NCBI GenBank assembly: GCA_050298055.1
Contig: JBNKTL010000003.1
Location: forward strand, 77,186-141,185
Reading direction: 5' to 3'
DNA: 64,000 nucleotides
Source of the DNA: Spirochaetota bacterium
GTDB lineage: Bacteria > Spirochaetota > UBA4802 > UBA5550
Shown here: one piece after another, positions 49,980-59,606 of the stretch
How the letters are laid out: every line of letters starts with the position of its first letter
Numbering within the stretch: position 1 is the first letter of the stretch
The notes under the pieces: generated by a model
What the model saw: the letters and a program-made list of their open reading frames with translations, nothing else
Told to the model about the DNA's origin: nothing
Database searches by the model: none
Program-made: the position numbers and the translations under genes

Positions 49980-52445
49980 CTACATCTGGAGAAATTTTAA
50001 ATACTCTTCAATCTCTTCCGGATATTTACCCTCTCCGTCCTGGTACTTCTTGTATCTTCTGAGAAATGCCTGGTAGGTCTTTGCGGATACGTTCTTATAC
50101 CTGTTGGCAAACTTGTTGAAAGCCGGCATGCTTTCCAGCCTGTCCCTGATCTCCTGCCTGAACGGGATATGTTTAAAAAACATTCCCCGGACAATATTGT
50201 TCATCTTCATGATACCGTCCTTTTCAAAAAGCACCCAGAGAAGATAATCGTCGGCAAACCTGTCCCTGTTTGTTCTCAGGCTCTTGAACCTCATGGTTAT
50301 CTTATCCTTGGCCTCCATGGAGAGATTGGGATTCTTCTTATAGGTATTAACATAGTCAAAATACTCACCGGTGATCCCCCCTTCAATGGGGTCCGCCCAC
50401 ATTGCCTGTCCCTTAATGGTCCTGTTGAGCTCCCAGCGGAAACAGGCAAGGGTATGCGCGATACTCTTCCTCAGGTCACCCATAAAAAATATCGGGACAA
50501 CAATCCTCCCCCGGGACCTCTTGTCGATACCGGAAAGTTCCTGCCAGAGAAGGGTCCGTGTTCCGAATATGGGAAGCATGATAAAATAGGGCAGCACCTC
50601 CTCCTGGATGATCTCCCGGGCATCCCCCAGCTTCAGAACGGTCTCTCGCAGGAAAACGGAAAAATCGATATCCATGATCTCCCTGACAATGTCACTGATC
50701 TTCTTTTTTGAGCTGTAGAGCGACTTGAGGCTTCCCTTGACGGCATATTCGTTTAAAATAGGAAAAGCGGTTGCGGTGGACCCTGAACAGACCGCGGAGG
50801 TACTCCTGAGCCGCTGTTCAATCTCATATACGGTTTTTTTCAGGTTTTCATCCTCAATCTCATTCTTCATCTCTTCCGATTTTTTCCTGGTCGCGTGTTT
50901 GGCTTCCTCCCTGAGATGCGCTTCGTAAGTAAGCCCCATCTCGGTGATACTGGGCATCTCCTCACCGGAATGAATAAGAGAGAGGAAATCCTGTTCATAA
51001 AAGACGGGAATATCCGCTGTCTCCTCTCTCATTCTCAGCAGTTCAAGAAGATCATTTATCTGGGCATCTTCAAGAAGAGCTTCGTCAACAAACCCGTAGT
51101 TGAGCATAAGACGTACCGGAATGGGGAGGTTCGACTCAGCTTTGCTTCTGATGTATACCTGTTTGTAAAGCTGCCAGTACATTTTGGTGATAAATCTTCT
51201 TATCTTGCGTCCTTCTGTTTCGGTATCAAAGGGATTTTTCATCCCTTTAAAATCATTGAGAAGCTTGATGAACCGCTCCCGGAACTCCTTGTCAATAACT
51301 GAGAATTCAAATATCTGGTTCATGGACCGGGCAACTTCCTTTATGTTCCCCTTTGAAGCGGAAGCCGCACTCCTTTCAGGTGCTGGGGCCCCCTGTCTTG
51401 CCCCGGCCGGGGCTGCTTTCCCGCCGGTCTTAAAGTAAAGATGGATCCTTTTCAGGCCGGGAAATTCCGCGGTAAGTTTACGGCCGGAAACCTCCTCATA
51501 GACTGAATTGATCTTAACAATAAGGGTCAGAAAATCCTTCACAAAACCGTCATGAAGCCGCCCTGTGCTTTTCCACTGGTCAAATCCCCCGTTATCGGTA
51601 AGGAAGGTGGTCCAGCTTACGCCGTCCCCGAAAAGCCTGTTCATGACCTTGTAGACATGCGAATTCATTCGTTCAATATCATTCAGGACCGCAATAAGAT
51701 TTCCCGTCAGGGCGCTGTGCATCATGGCACCGATCTCAGGATCTGATTTAACCATGGATGAAGAAATCGTCCCATCAAGCATCAGGATCCTTTTCACAAA
51801 CTCATTGAGATCACGGTTGCCCGACCCGTCATCTCCTGTTTCAATTGAGTAGTCTTTATTGAAATACCTGCTGCTGTCAGTCACAAGAAATTTTGCCGTG
51901 AACTCCCGGGGGATTTCTCCCCCGCCGGATTTATATTCATTGTAGAGATCATTGGCATTCATATCAAGTTTCTCATCGGCGCCTGAAACCGAGAGTTCCT
52001 TATAAATGAGTGAGATATTATCGCTGACCCTGGATACGTTTCCGTAGAGCTTGTTTATCTTATCCGTACTTTCGGAAAAGCTTTTCTTCAGTGTATAGAG
52101 GTGTTTGAGGATATTAAGGGCCCTGGCAGGATCGGAACGGGACAGCATCTTAAATCCGCCGCTGACCGGGATCCTGGTTACCAGGGAATCTGCTATTGCC
52201 CTCACTGTCATTGTCCCCGGTTTTACCAGGTCGGGGCTGAATGAGGGAACCGCTCTCTTACCCGATAACACCCCCACCCGGGTACTCTTGGAGAGAATTA
52301 TCGACGGATCGAGACCGTCAAACTCATCTGAAGCCGACAGGATTTCCAGCGCACCGTCCTGAAGAAAAAATATCTCCTTCGGGATATTACCCTGGTAAAA
52401 GAGAACATCTCCTTTTTTTACCTGCTGTCCTGCATTACCTGTCAT
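49980..52445 (-). CDS. Large hypothetical protein with an N-terminal cNMP-binding-like domain.
   Basis: 821 aa. The N-terminal beta-barrel-like region is KGDVLFYQGNIPKEIFFLQDGALEIL. A Pro/Ala-rich linker (GGKAAPAGARQGAPAPE) sits near residue 350. The C-terminal half is helical. Its start overlaps the HNH gene by 11 nt. Confidence 0.6.
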   Translation of the reverse strand: MTGNAGQQVKKGDVLFYQGNIPKEIFFLQDGALEILSASDEFDGLDPSIILSKSTRVGVLSGKRAVPSFSPDLVKPGTMTVRAIADSLVTRIPVSGGFKMLSRSDPARALNILKHLYTLKKSFSESTDKINKLYGNVSRVSDNISLIYKELSVSGADEKLDMNANDLYNEYKSGGGEIPREFTAKFLVTDSSRYFNKDYSIETGDDGSGNRDLNEFVKRILMLDGTISSSMVKSDPEIGAMMHSALTGNLIAVLNDIERMNSHVYKVMNRLFGDGVSWTTFLTDNGGFDQWKSTGRLHDGFVKDFLTLIVKINSVYEEVSGRKLTAEFPGLKRIHLYFKTGGKAAPAGARQGAPAPERSAASASKGNIKEVARSMNQIFEFSVIDKEFRERFIKLLNDFKGMKNPFDTETEGRKIRRFITKMYWQLYKQVYIRSKAESNLPIPVRLMLNYGFVDEALLEDAQINDLLELLRMREETADIPVFYEQDFLSLIHSGEEMPSITEMGLTYEAHLREEAKHATRKKSEEMKNEIEDENLKKTVYEIEQRLRSTSAVCSGSTATAFPILNEYAVKGSLKSLYSSKKKISDIVREIMDIDFSVFLRETVLKLGDAREIIQEEVLPYFIMLPIFGTRTLLWQELSGIDKRSRGRIVVPIFFMGDLRKSIAHTLACFRWELNRTIKGQAMWADPIEGGITGEYFDYVNTYKKNPNLSMEAKDKITMRFKSLRTNRDRFADDYLLWVLFEKDGIMKMNNIVRGMFFKHIPFRQEIRDRLESMPAFNKFANRYKNVSAKTYQAFLRRYKKYQDGEGKYPEEIEEYLKFLQM

Positions 52446-52809
52446 CTTCCGGTCCTTCTCCTTCGGATTTTTTCAAACTGTTTATATACTCCTCCCACTC
52501 AAGGGGAAGGAGATATTTTTTCTTATTATTACACTCTTTGCATGCCGGGACAAGATTGTTTTTTTCCGACCGTCCCCCTTTTGAGAGAGGAATTTTGTGA
52601 TCCATGGTCAGATCACCGGGATTGAATTTTTTTCTGCAGTAGTGGCAGATACCGGTTGAAGTTTTCTTCCTCCACCAAGGGGATTTTCTCAACTCCCTGG
52701 CCCTGTTTTTTTCAGAAGCTATTACAGATTGTTCACTCACACCGGTGAAATAATTATGCCCTTTGTCCCTTCTCAGCCTCTTCGATCTTTTTCTGTCCCT
52801 GTATGACAT
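52435..52809 (-). CDS. Small HNH endonuclease.
   Basis: HNH motif CHYCRKKFNPGDLTMDHKIPLSKGGRSEKNNLVPACKECNNKK, preceded by a basic N-terminal tail. Confidence 0.7.
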   Translation of the reverse strand: MSYRDRKRSKRLRRDKGHNYFTGVSEQSVIASEKNRARELRKSPWWRKKTSTGICHYCRKKFNPGDLTMDHKIPLSKGGRSEKNNLVPACKECNNKKKYLLPLEWEEYINSLKKSEGEGPEDDR

Positions 52810-52854
52810 AGTTTAGTAATTCTCTCTTAAATAAGCTAATTTGTCAATTAGTAA

Positions 52855-52986
52855 CTTCTCATCTATGTATAAAAATTGGCATGTTAACAAAAAACAAGAC
52901 TGGTGTGTCCCTGCCACCGGAGGCGGCGGGGTCACATTGTTGATGCTTTTATTGAATAAACATATTTTTTAATCATATAGCTGGGT
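52855..52986. repeat. MITE-like palindromic repeat element, copy C.
   Basis: Left arm cttctcatctatgtataaaaattgg. Central hairpin gtccctgccaccggaggcggcggggtcac followed by attgttgat and a T-run. Right arm atcatatagctgggtc. Confidence 0.55.
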
Positions 52987-53105
52987 CTTTACGTCAATGA
53001 CTATTAAAACCCTGCACTTCAAGGGGTAAATCAACATCAGGGAAAAATAATTGTTGTCATAAAAAGCTCTCTCTGTAAAGATATACAAGAATTCTGCAAC
53101 AGTAT

Positions 53106-53765
53106 ATGTTTAAAATTATGAGAAAAGCAGGCTTTGTTATCATAATCATTTTATCTCTCAGCATAATCGATCCGGGATCTTCCCCGGCAGGGGACGGCTG
53201 GAAACTGGTGACAGCCAAAAACGGGATCAGTGTATTTACCCGGCCGGCCCGGGATTCCAGAGTCGATGAATTCAAGGCCGTCATCACAATAAAGTCGGAA
53301 CTTAAAGTGCTGGGGGAAGTCATGAAGGATATCCCCGCCCAGCCCCAATGGATTGCCGACTGTACTCAAGCAAAAGTTGTAAAGAGGATCAACAAGAGTG
53401 TGCTGGTAATCTATTCCGTATATAAAACCCCGTGGCCCGTCACAGACAGGGACACAGTCATTGAAACCGTTACCCGGGTGGACCCGGCATACAGGTGGTT
53501 TACGATTAATATGAAATCAGTGGATTCTTACCACGTCCCTGTAAAGAATAACCTGGTGAGGGTCAGGAAGTTGAAAGGGAAATGGACTTTCAGAAAAACA
53601 GGGAAGAAGAGCGTCCGGGTAACCTACAGGCTCAGTGTGGACCCCGGCGGTTCACTCCCCCTCTGGCTTGCCAACCGGACCAGCAGGGAATCCCCCTATA
53701 CCACTCTCCTTAACCTGAGAAAAATGGTTACGTTAAAAAAATACCAGAAAAAGGAAAAGAATTAG
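53106..53765 (+). CDS. Secreted START/Bet v1-like (SRPBCC) lipid-binding domain protein.
   Basis: Signal peptide present. START-like blocks: WKLVTAKNGISVF, YKTPWPVTDRDTV, and a C-terminal amphipathic helix. Confidence 0.65.
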   Translation: MFKIMRKAGFVIIIILSLSIIDPGSSPAGDGWKLVTAKNGISVFTRPARDSRVDEFKAVITIKSELKVLGEVMKDIPAQPQWIADCTQAKVVKRINKSVLVIYSVYKTPWPVTDRDTVIETVTRVDPAYRWFTINMKSVDSYHVPVKNNLVRVRKLKGKWTFRKTGKKSVRVTYRLSVDPGGSLPLWLANRTSRESPYTTLLNLRKMVTLKKYQKKEKN

Positions 53766-53889
53766 ACCGGATTACAGGAACAGGCTTGAATGTATCCTGG
53801 GAAGCCCCCGGCTCATATAACTTTTCCCTTTTTTCGTACTCCCGTGAGCCACCCCCTGGGGGGGTTATCATACAAAATTCCTTAATTCA

Positions 53890-54825
53890 CTATTCAAAAA
53901 ACTCTTCACTCTCCCCGATCCTGTAGCCGTTGAGAAAAGAGAGCCCGTCCATGAGTTTTTTGTTTTCCGGCTGTATACCTGTTATCTCCAGCAGGCCGCT
54001 GCCCGTACCCGCGGCCAGCCTCTTTTTCATAAACTTACCCAGCTGCCCCGGCTTCAGTTCAAGAGCGGTCTCTTCTTTTAACAGGGACACTGTCCATATT
54101 TTCATGTTCTTTCCCCTGAACGTGGTCCACGCCACAGGTTTGGGATTAAGCCCCCTTACAAGATTGCGGATATCTTCTGAACCCAGGGACCAGTCAATAT
54201 GCGCAGTCTCTCTCCCGATCTTTTCGCAGTAGCTTGCCTCACTCTCATCCTGCTTTACCGGTACCACGCTCCCCTCTGCCAGCGACACGATTGCCCTGTT
54301 GAGGAGAGCTCCGCTTATCCCAATCACATGATTGTAGAGATCTTCCGCGGTCCAGGCCTCGTCAATGGGTATTCTCTCCCGGACAACAATATCACCCGCG
54401 TCCATTCTGCCGCTTATCATCTGTACCGTAACACCTGTCTCTTTTTCCCCGTTGATCAATGCCCACTGGACCGGGGCGGCCCCCCTGTACCTGGGGAGGA
54501 GAGAGGGATGAAGATTGATGCTCTTCAGGGGAGGGAGAGTGAAGACCTCCTCCGGGATCATGAGACCGTAGGCCACCACCACGAAAATATCCGCATGATA
54601 GCTTTTTAGGACTTCGATGAAATCGGGATCAGAGAGGTCGCAGGGCTGCAGGACATCGATCTCCCTGCAGAGGGCAAGGTCCTTTACGGGACAGAATTTA
54701 ATCTTCCGGTTCCTTCCGCACGGCTTGTCTTCCGCGGTTACCACAAAGAGCACCTCGTGCTCTTCGAGCAACTCATCAAGACAGCGGCCTGATATTTCCG
54801 GTGTGCCGAAAAAACCTATCTTCAC
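53890..54825 (-). CDS. fmt: Methionyl-tRNA formyltransferase.
   Basis: Motifs MKIGFFGTPE, SLLPRYRGAAPVQWALING and HNVI. It overlaps def by 4 nt. Confidence 0.9.
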   Translation of the reverse strand: MKIGFFGTPEISGRCLDELLEEHEVLFVVTAEDKPCGRNRKIKFCPVKDLALCREIDVLQPCDLSDPDFIEVLKSYHADIFVVVAYGLMIPEEVFTLPPLKSINLHPSLLPRYRGAAPVQWALINGEKETGVTVQMISGRMDAGDIVVRERIPIDEAWTAEDLYNHVIGISGALLNRAIVSLAEGSVVPVKQDESEASYCEKIGRETAHIDWSLGSEDIRNLVRGLNPKPVAWTTFRGKNMKIWTVSLLKEETALELKPGQLGKFMKKRLAAGTGSGLLEITGIQPENKKLMDGLSFLNGYRIGESEEFFE

Positions 54826-55346
54826 GAGTCCCTGTTCATCTTCTTAATCTTTTTAAGCTGGGATTTCAACTCTTTCCGGACATAGTCATCCAGGTGATCG
54901 ATAAAGACCTTTCCATTGAGATGGTCTATCTCATGCTGCAAGACCCTGGCAAGGAGCCCGTCAGCCTCAAGCTCTATCTCCTTCTCCTCAGGGGTGATCC
55001 CCGCAAGAAGTATCTTCTCCGGACGTATGATTTCACTGTTTATCCCGGGCAGCGAAAGACAGCCCTCCTCATAGGGGACCTCCTCGGAGGAAAACTCCTT
55101 TATCACAGGGTTAATAATTGTCAGCGCCGGCCCGTTGTAGTTTTCAATATCAACAACAATAAGCCTTTTTGAGACATCAACCTGCGGAGCAGCCAGTCCG
55201 ATCCCCTTCTCTTTATACATGACATTGTACATGGAGTCAATGAGCTCATTAACTTCACCGTCAATGTTCTTCACCTCATCAGCCACCGCCTTAAGGGTAT
55301 CGTTGCCGTAATAGACCAGGTTATATTTCATTTTTCTTTTAAACAT
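54822..55346 (-). CDS. def: Peptide deformylase.
   Basis: Motifs GIGLAAPQV, EGCLSLPG and HEIDHLNG. Confidence 0.9.
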   Translation of the reverse strand: MFKRKMKYNLVYYGNDTLKAVADEVKNIDGEVNELIDSMYNVMYKEKGIGLAAPQVDVSKRLIVVDIENYNGPALTIINPVIKEFSSEEVPYEEGCLSLPGINSEIIRPEKILLAGITPEEKEIELEADGLLARVLQHEIDHLNGKVFIDHLDDYVRKELKSQLKKIKKMNRDS

Positions 55347-55590
55347 AGTTTAGATTCTTTTTAAATTAGATATTGCCATTAATGGCGGCTTCATATATAC
55401 TTTGTGTATAAATAAGCCGTAAGGGTTACCCGGGAAATAATATATGAACCTCAAAAAGAGAGAAAAAAAAATCCCCGGCCGGTGAAATTTTAACCGGGAA
55501 GGCCCTGTTTTTGTCAATTAATTTAAGAAATACTCAAATTTTTGTTTGACAGATAGTGCCGGAATTAATACTTGTTTTAACTCATAATGA

Positions 55591-55665
55591 GGGGTGTTAG
55601 CTCAGTTTGGTTAGAGTACCTGCCTGTCACGCAGGGGGTCGCGAGTTCGAGTCTCGTACACCCCG
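55591..55665 (+). tRNA. tRNA-Asp (anticodon GTC).
   Basis: GGGGTGTTAGCTCAGTTTGGTTAGAGTACCTGCCTGTCACGCAGGGGGTCGCGAGTTCGAGTCTCGTACACCCCG. It folds as a cloverleaf with anticodon loop CTGTCAC and T-loop GTTCGAGTC. The 3' CCA is not encoded. Confidence 0.9.
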
Positions 55666-55677
55666 AAAGGGAAAAAG

Positions 55678-55709
55678 GGGATACCTTGAAAAGGGTATTC
55701 CTTTTTTTA
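55678..55709 (+). terminator. Rho-independent terminator downstream of tRNA-Asp.
   Basis: gggataccttgaaaagggtattcc forms an 8-bp stem including one G-U pair, followed by TTTTTTT. Confidence 0.55.
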
Positions 55710-55744
55710 TTTTTTCCATTTCATGATATTCCTGCCCATTCACT

Positions 55745-55925
55745 GGCCATTCTTTTTTAATGGAAGGACTCTGACTCTTGAACGGAACTTATCGATGGAA
55801 ACAAGGGTGTAATTGTGTTTTTTTGCATATTCGAAAAGCTCAGTATTGGTAGCAGTTAATTCTCCAATTTCAGACCAGTGCTTTGATTCCCACTCATATT
55901 TCTCCAGGACTTCACATAATATGCC
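55745..55925 (-). pseudogene. Gene remnant resembling the C-terminus of a DUF5615-like (PIN/Mut7-C-like) protein, with no start codon.
   Basis: The minus-strand frame reads ...ILCEVLEKYEWESKHWSEIGELTATNTELFEYAKKHNYTLVSIDKFRSRVRVLPLKKNGQ*. It is bounded upstream by TAG with no ATG, GTG or TTG. The T..E.L.YA....vLVt.DkDF pattern recalls DUF5615. Confidence 0.3.
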
Positions 55926-56182
55926 CTAAATAAAATTTTTGTCAACTATATAAGAGCATCCTGAACAAACAGGTTATTCAGACTATGTGCCCTTCATTTG
56001 ACATAATATTCCCGGAATCAGAATCCTGCAGGGCTTTTTTATCACAAAATTTTTCTTGAAATTTTTTTCTGTCCCATTATGCAAAATGGGACGACCTGAA
56101 CACTCTTTATCTATACATTAAAATTAAGAGAGTGATAAAAGCACCATTTCATATTAATTTAACATCTACCAGGAGATACCCA

Positions 56183-56665
56183 ATGAAGAAGAATACTGTT
56201 GTTTTATCTCTTTGTATATTTCTCTTTACTTTTGCAATACTCTCATGTGAAGAGAGCGGCAATGATAACTCTGGAGATCCAGATGATGTAACCCATGTAC
56301 TCTCTGAAGCGGACATGCAGGGTTCCTGGGAAAGCAATTGTCTTGATGACGGCGGTGGCAACGGTGAAAGGATAACATATGATTTTTCAGGTAACAGCCT
56401 GACAACAACCAGGGATGAATGGGCCGGTGATAATACCTGCAGCGGAGGGCCTTCAACTTCAAGCAGCACCGATACGTATGAACTCATGGGTGAATCCGCA
56501 TCAATTTCCGGAGCAGAAAAAATCTTTATTACCACAGACAAGAGTCCCATTTCGCAGGTTGTTAAAATTGTCAGTAATGAGTTATATTGGGGTGATGATG
56601 AAGGAACCCTGGATTCCGAAGGTTATCCGTCAAGTCTGGCATCCCGCGTGTATTATAAAAATTAA
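56183..56665 (+). CDS. Hypothetical lipoprotein.
   Basis: Signal and lipobox (MKKNTVVLSLCIFLFTFAILSCEES). The mature part is rich in Gly, Asp and Ser. Confidence 0.55.
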   Translation: MKKNTVVLSLCIFLFTFAILSCEESGNDNSGDPDDVTHVLSEADMQGSWESNCLDDGGGNGERITYDFSGNSLTTTRDEWAGDNTCSGGPSTSSSTDTYELMGESASISGAEKIFITTDKSPISQVVKIVSNELYWGDDEGTLDSEGYPSSLASRVYYKN

Positions 56666-56841
56666 GAACTCTTATTAACACGCGGGAAACCGTTCTTTCT
56701 CAAATCATACCCGGCTCATATTTTTCATCAGCAACAAACAAAAACCCGGTTAAACCGGCTTCTTCGATAGCTTTCTTAACTGATCTGGCGGGGGCCACTT
56801 CTCTCTTTTCCCTTCATAGGCTGAGGCGCAACCCGGTTTTC

Positions 56842-57200
56842 GTGGCAGCGGTACTGATCCTGGTGACAGCGGGACGTGTCATACTCCCCTTCTGTCCCCA
56901 GCCACGCTTTGACCTTTCCGGCCTGCACCTGGTTGTGGGAGGGATCATCTTTCTCCCTGGGCTGGCTGTCGGGACTATCCCCCTCTTTATCGTTAAATGG
57001 TGGTCACCTCCCCGGGAGGGGATGCAGCTCCGCACAACGGGTATCTACGGGCTTGTACGGCATCCCATCTACCTGTCGGAGATGCTCTGATGCCTGGGGT
57101 GGGCGGTAATGTTCCGTTCGGTCTATGGGGTTGCTCTGACCCCCCTCTGGTGAGCGGCTTTCCTGATACATGCCCTCGCCGGTTCATCCCTCTCTGCCTT
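56842..57200 (+). pseudogene. Degraded isoprenylcysteine carboxyl methyltransferase-family (ICMT/PEMT-like) gene remnant.
   Basis: The family signature TTGIYGLVRHPIYLSEML is followed by two in-frame TGA stops (57089, about 57149) while homology continues (CLGWAVMFRSVYGVALTPLW). The N-terminal part is missing. TGA is used as a normal stop elsewhere in the window, for example at nth and hisC. Confidence 0.45.
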
Positions 57201-58383
57201 ACGAACCGAACCGGACCGTGGCTCCCACGATAAGGCTCAGGGAAAATAACCTGTCCCAGCTCCCCCCTTCACCGTACATACCGCTTATCCCGAATCCCGA
57301 CGACAGTTCGCCGTTGACATACCCGATGCCGATACTTCCGCCGTAGCGGTTAACATCGTTCCCTTCACCCAGCTTGTTATCACCTGCACCCGAGGTGTTG
57401 GAAAATATCCCCAGCCTGAGGGCGAAAGCGCTGTTAAGATACCATTCGCAGCCAAGGGAAATATCGTAATGTCTTTCTTCCCGGTATTCGGTGGAATCAA
57501 GTTCCGGTCGCGTGATATAGTGGTGAGCGGAATATTTCATGGGGAAATAATAGATAACATCCAGTGCGAGTGTAAATTTTTTCTTCTCTTCATAAGCAAC
57601 CCCCAGGGTAGCCCTGCCGGGCAGGCGGTAATCATATTCATCCGTACTTCCCGAAACAGGGGGCGGATTGGTTGACTCGCTTCGGTAATAGGTGTTCGAT
57701 CCGTTGATGTTAATGGTTTCCATCCCGTATTGCAACCCGAGATGCAGTTTTGGCATGACAAGATATTTGCCCCCGAAAATCATATCCAGGCCTCCGCTTG
57801 TCACCTGGCTCTTCTGCTCCGTTATATATCCCGTACCGTCGTCGCCGAATATGGATATTTTCCCCCTGTAGTACTGAAAAAACGCCGAGACACCCAGCGC
57901 GAGACCGTCGGTTAACCTGTAGGAGAAAGAGGGCCCCAGAAGGGTCGTTTCAGTATCAATATCAATATTCGCTACCTCGTTTCCCCGGATATTGGAACCT
58001 GAAAATTTTGTTTTGTCTATGACAAAAGCGGAAACGGCGGTAGAGAACCGGTCTGTGACATTGAAATTGATACCGAAGGTAGTGGGTACAAGTTCCAGTT
58101 TTCTCAGGGGGATCTGGGGAGATGAAGGATCATCCCGGTAGATATATTCCTGGTAGCTGTACATGTTCGCGTTCATAGAAATCGACGTCTGGGTGATAAA
58201 CGCAAGACCGGCCGGGTTATAGTACGCCCCCGAGATGTCATTGGAGAGGGCCGTGTAAGCTCCGCCCATCATAGCGGCCCGTTCGCCGATAGGAACATTC
58301 CGGTGGTTGTATTGGAATGCATTGAGATCTCCCCCCGTAAGTGACAGGAAAATCATAGTGATTGAGACAATAATTTTTTTCAT
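57199..58383 (-). CDS. Outer-membrane beta-barrel protein.
   Basis: Signal peptide (MKKIIVSITMIFLSLTGGDLNA). Alternating amphipathic beta strands run throughout, and the sequence is rich in Gly, Tyr and Asn in a way typical of FadL/PorV-like barrels. Confidence 0.65.
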   Translation of the reverse strand: MKKIIVSITMIFLSLTGGDLNAFQYNHRNVPIGERAAMMGGAYTALSNDISGAYYNPAGLAFITQTSISMNANMYSYQEYIYRDDPSSPQIPLRKLELVPTTFGINFNVTDRFSTAVSAFVIDKTKFSGSNIRGNEVANIDIDTETTLLGPSFSYRLTDGLALGVSAFFQYYRGKISIFGDDGTGYITEQKSQVTSGGLDMIFGGKYLVMPKLHLGLQYGMETININGSNTYYRSESTNPPPVSGSTDEYDYRLPGRATLGVAYEEKKKFTLALDVIYYFPMKYSAHHYITRPELDSTEYREERHYDISLGCEWYLNSAFALRLGIFSNTSGAGDNKLGEGNDVNRYGGSIGIGYVNGELSSGFGISGMYGEGGSWDRLFSLSLIVGATVRFGS

Positions 58384-58574
58384 TTTGAGCTACTCCTTAT
58401 TTCCAATAGGAACTTGCTATTAAATATGAAAAAAAGTAAAGAAAAAAATGATCCTGATAAGTAATTATAATAATGTCAAATAGATAGTACGTGTTTCCTT
58501 TCAAAAGAATTGACATCCGTACCGATTCTATTCTATAAAGAAACTTTCCGGTAAAATCCGAAAAGGAGGATAAG

Positions 58575-59606
58575 ATGAGAAGATATTTTGATACTGTGTT
58601 GATTTACGTTTTTCTTTTACTCCTGGCATTCTCTGCTCATAATCTCCGGGCGGATGAAGCATGCAACGGTTACAACATGCACGCGTACCTCAGGTCCGCT
58701 CACTCAGCCTCAAGCTACCTGAAAGACAAAAAGGACCCTGACCGTTACGCCCCTTCCAAGGCATTTGACGGCAAGATTGAAACATCCTGGGTTGAGGGGA
58801 AGAGAGATGACGGCATTGGCGAAAAGATCGCCTTTTATTTCAGGGGATCGCCTCTGAAAATAAGAATAATGCCCGGGTTCGGAATGAAGAAATACTTCCG
58901 GATGAACAACAGGGTGAAATCGGCGACCCTCAGCTTTTATGTTGTCAAGAATGTCATTGCCCATCAGTGCGGGGAAGATTTTCAGATCGATGAAAAAGAG
59001 ATCGTTTCCCGAAAAACCATCCGTTTCAAAGACAGCATGACCATGCAGGAATTTGATACGGGTCTTTCCGGCACCGAGCATCTGGAAATATCTCCCGGCG
59101 GCCTGATTGGGGTCATAGAGATCGACTCTGTCTACAGGGGGATAAAATGGAGAGACACCTGTATTGCGGAGATAAAACTTATTGAGGGAAAAAGCGGCCT
59201 GAAAGGGATCAAGAGACAGAAGCTCTCCCCGGTGGTCATCGATTCCCGCGGGGGGTTAAGGATATCTCTCTTCGGCTCCAGGAGTGATATTCTGCGGAAG
59301 CTGAAGATAGATGGCCGCAACCTGAAGGGGAAAAACCTGGAGAAGGCCTCCCGCTCATCCGGGCTTCAGCTTTTCGATTATGAGAGCGATGAGATCCGGA
59401 TGATGAGGATCATATCGGACAGGTGGAAACTGGAAAACGGGATCACACTGGGATCGGACAAGATCGACATTGATCTTTCCTTCGGGGAGAACGACTTTAA
59501 GCATGAAAGGACTATCGGCTACTGCATAGACAGGTTCTCAATTGGTCTTGAGTACAATGCGAAGAAAAAAGTCTCACGTCTTTTTCTTCACAGGGACTGT
59601 CCCTAG
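58575..59606 (+). CDS. Secreted protein with an N-terminal discoidin (F5/8 type C)-like domain.
   Basis: Signal peptide present. The segment APSKAFDGKIETSWVEGKRDDGIGEKIAFYF resembles the galactose-binding-domain-like signature. Confidence 0.5.
   Translation: MRRYFDTVLIYVFLLLLAFSAHNLRADEACNGYNMHAYLRSAHSASSYLKDKKDPDRYAPSKAFDGKIETSWVEGKRDDGIGEKIAFYFRGSPLKIRIMPGFGMKKYFRMNNRVKSATLSFYVVKNVIAHQCGEDFQIDEKEIVSRKTIRFKDSMTMQEFDTGLSGTEHLEISPGGLIGVIEIDSVYRGIKWRDTCIAEIKLIEGKSGLKGIKRQKLSPVVIDSRGGLRISLFGSRSDILRKLKIDGRNLKGKNLEKASRSSGLQLFDYESDEIRMMRIISDRWKLENGITLGSDKIDIDLSFGENDFKHERTIGYCIDRFSIGLEYNAKKKVSRLFLHRDCP

Noticed and set aside
56842-57200. TGA recoding (to Trp or Gly) that would rescue the ICMT-like gene.
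   Set aside because: TGA terminates clearly functional genes in this window, for example nth at 1193 and hisC at 47820. The ICMT-like ORF also lacks its N-terminal half, so a pseudogene is the simpler explanation.
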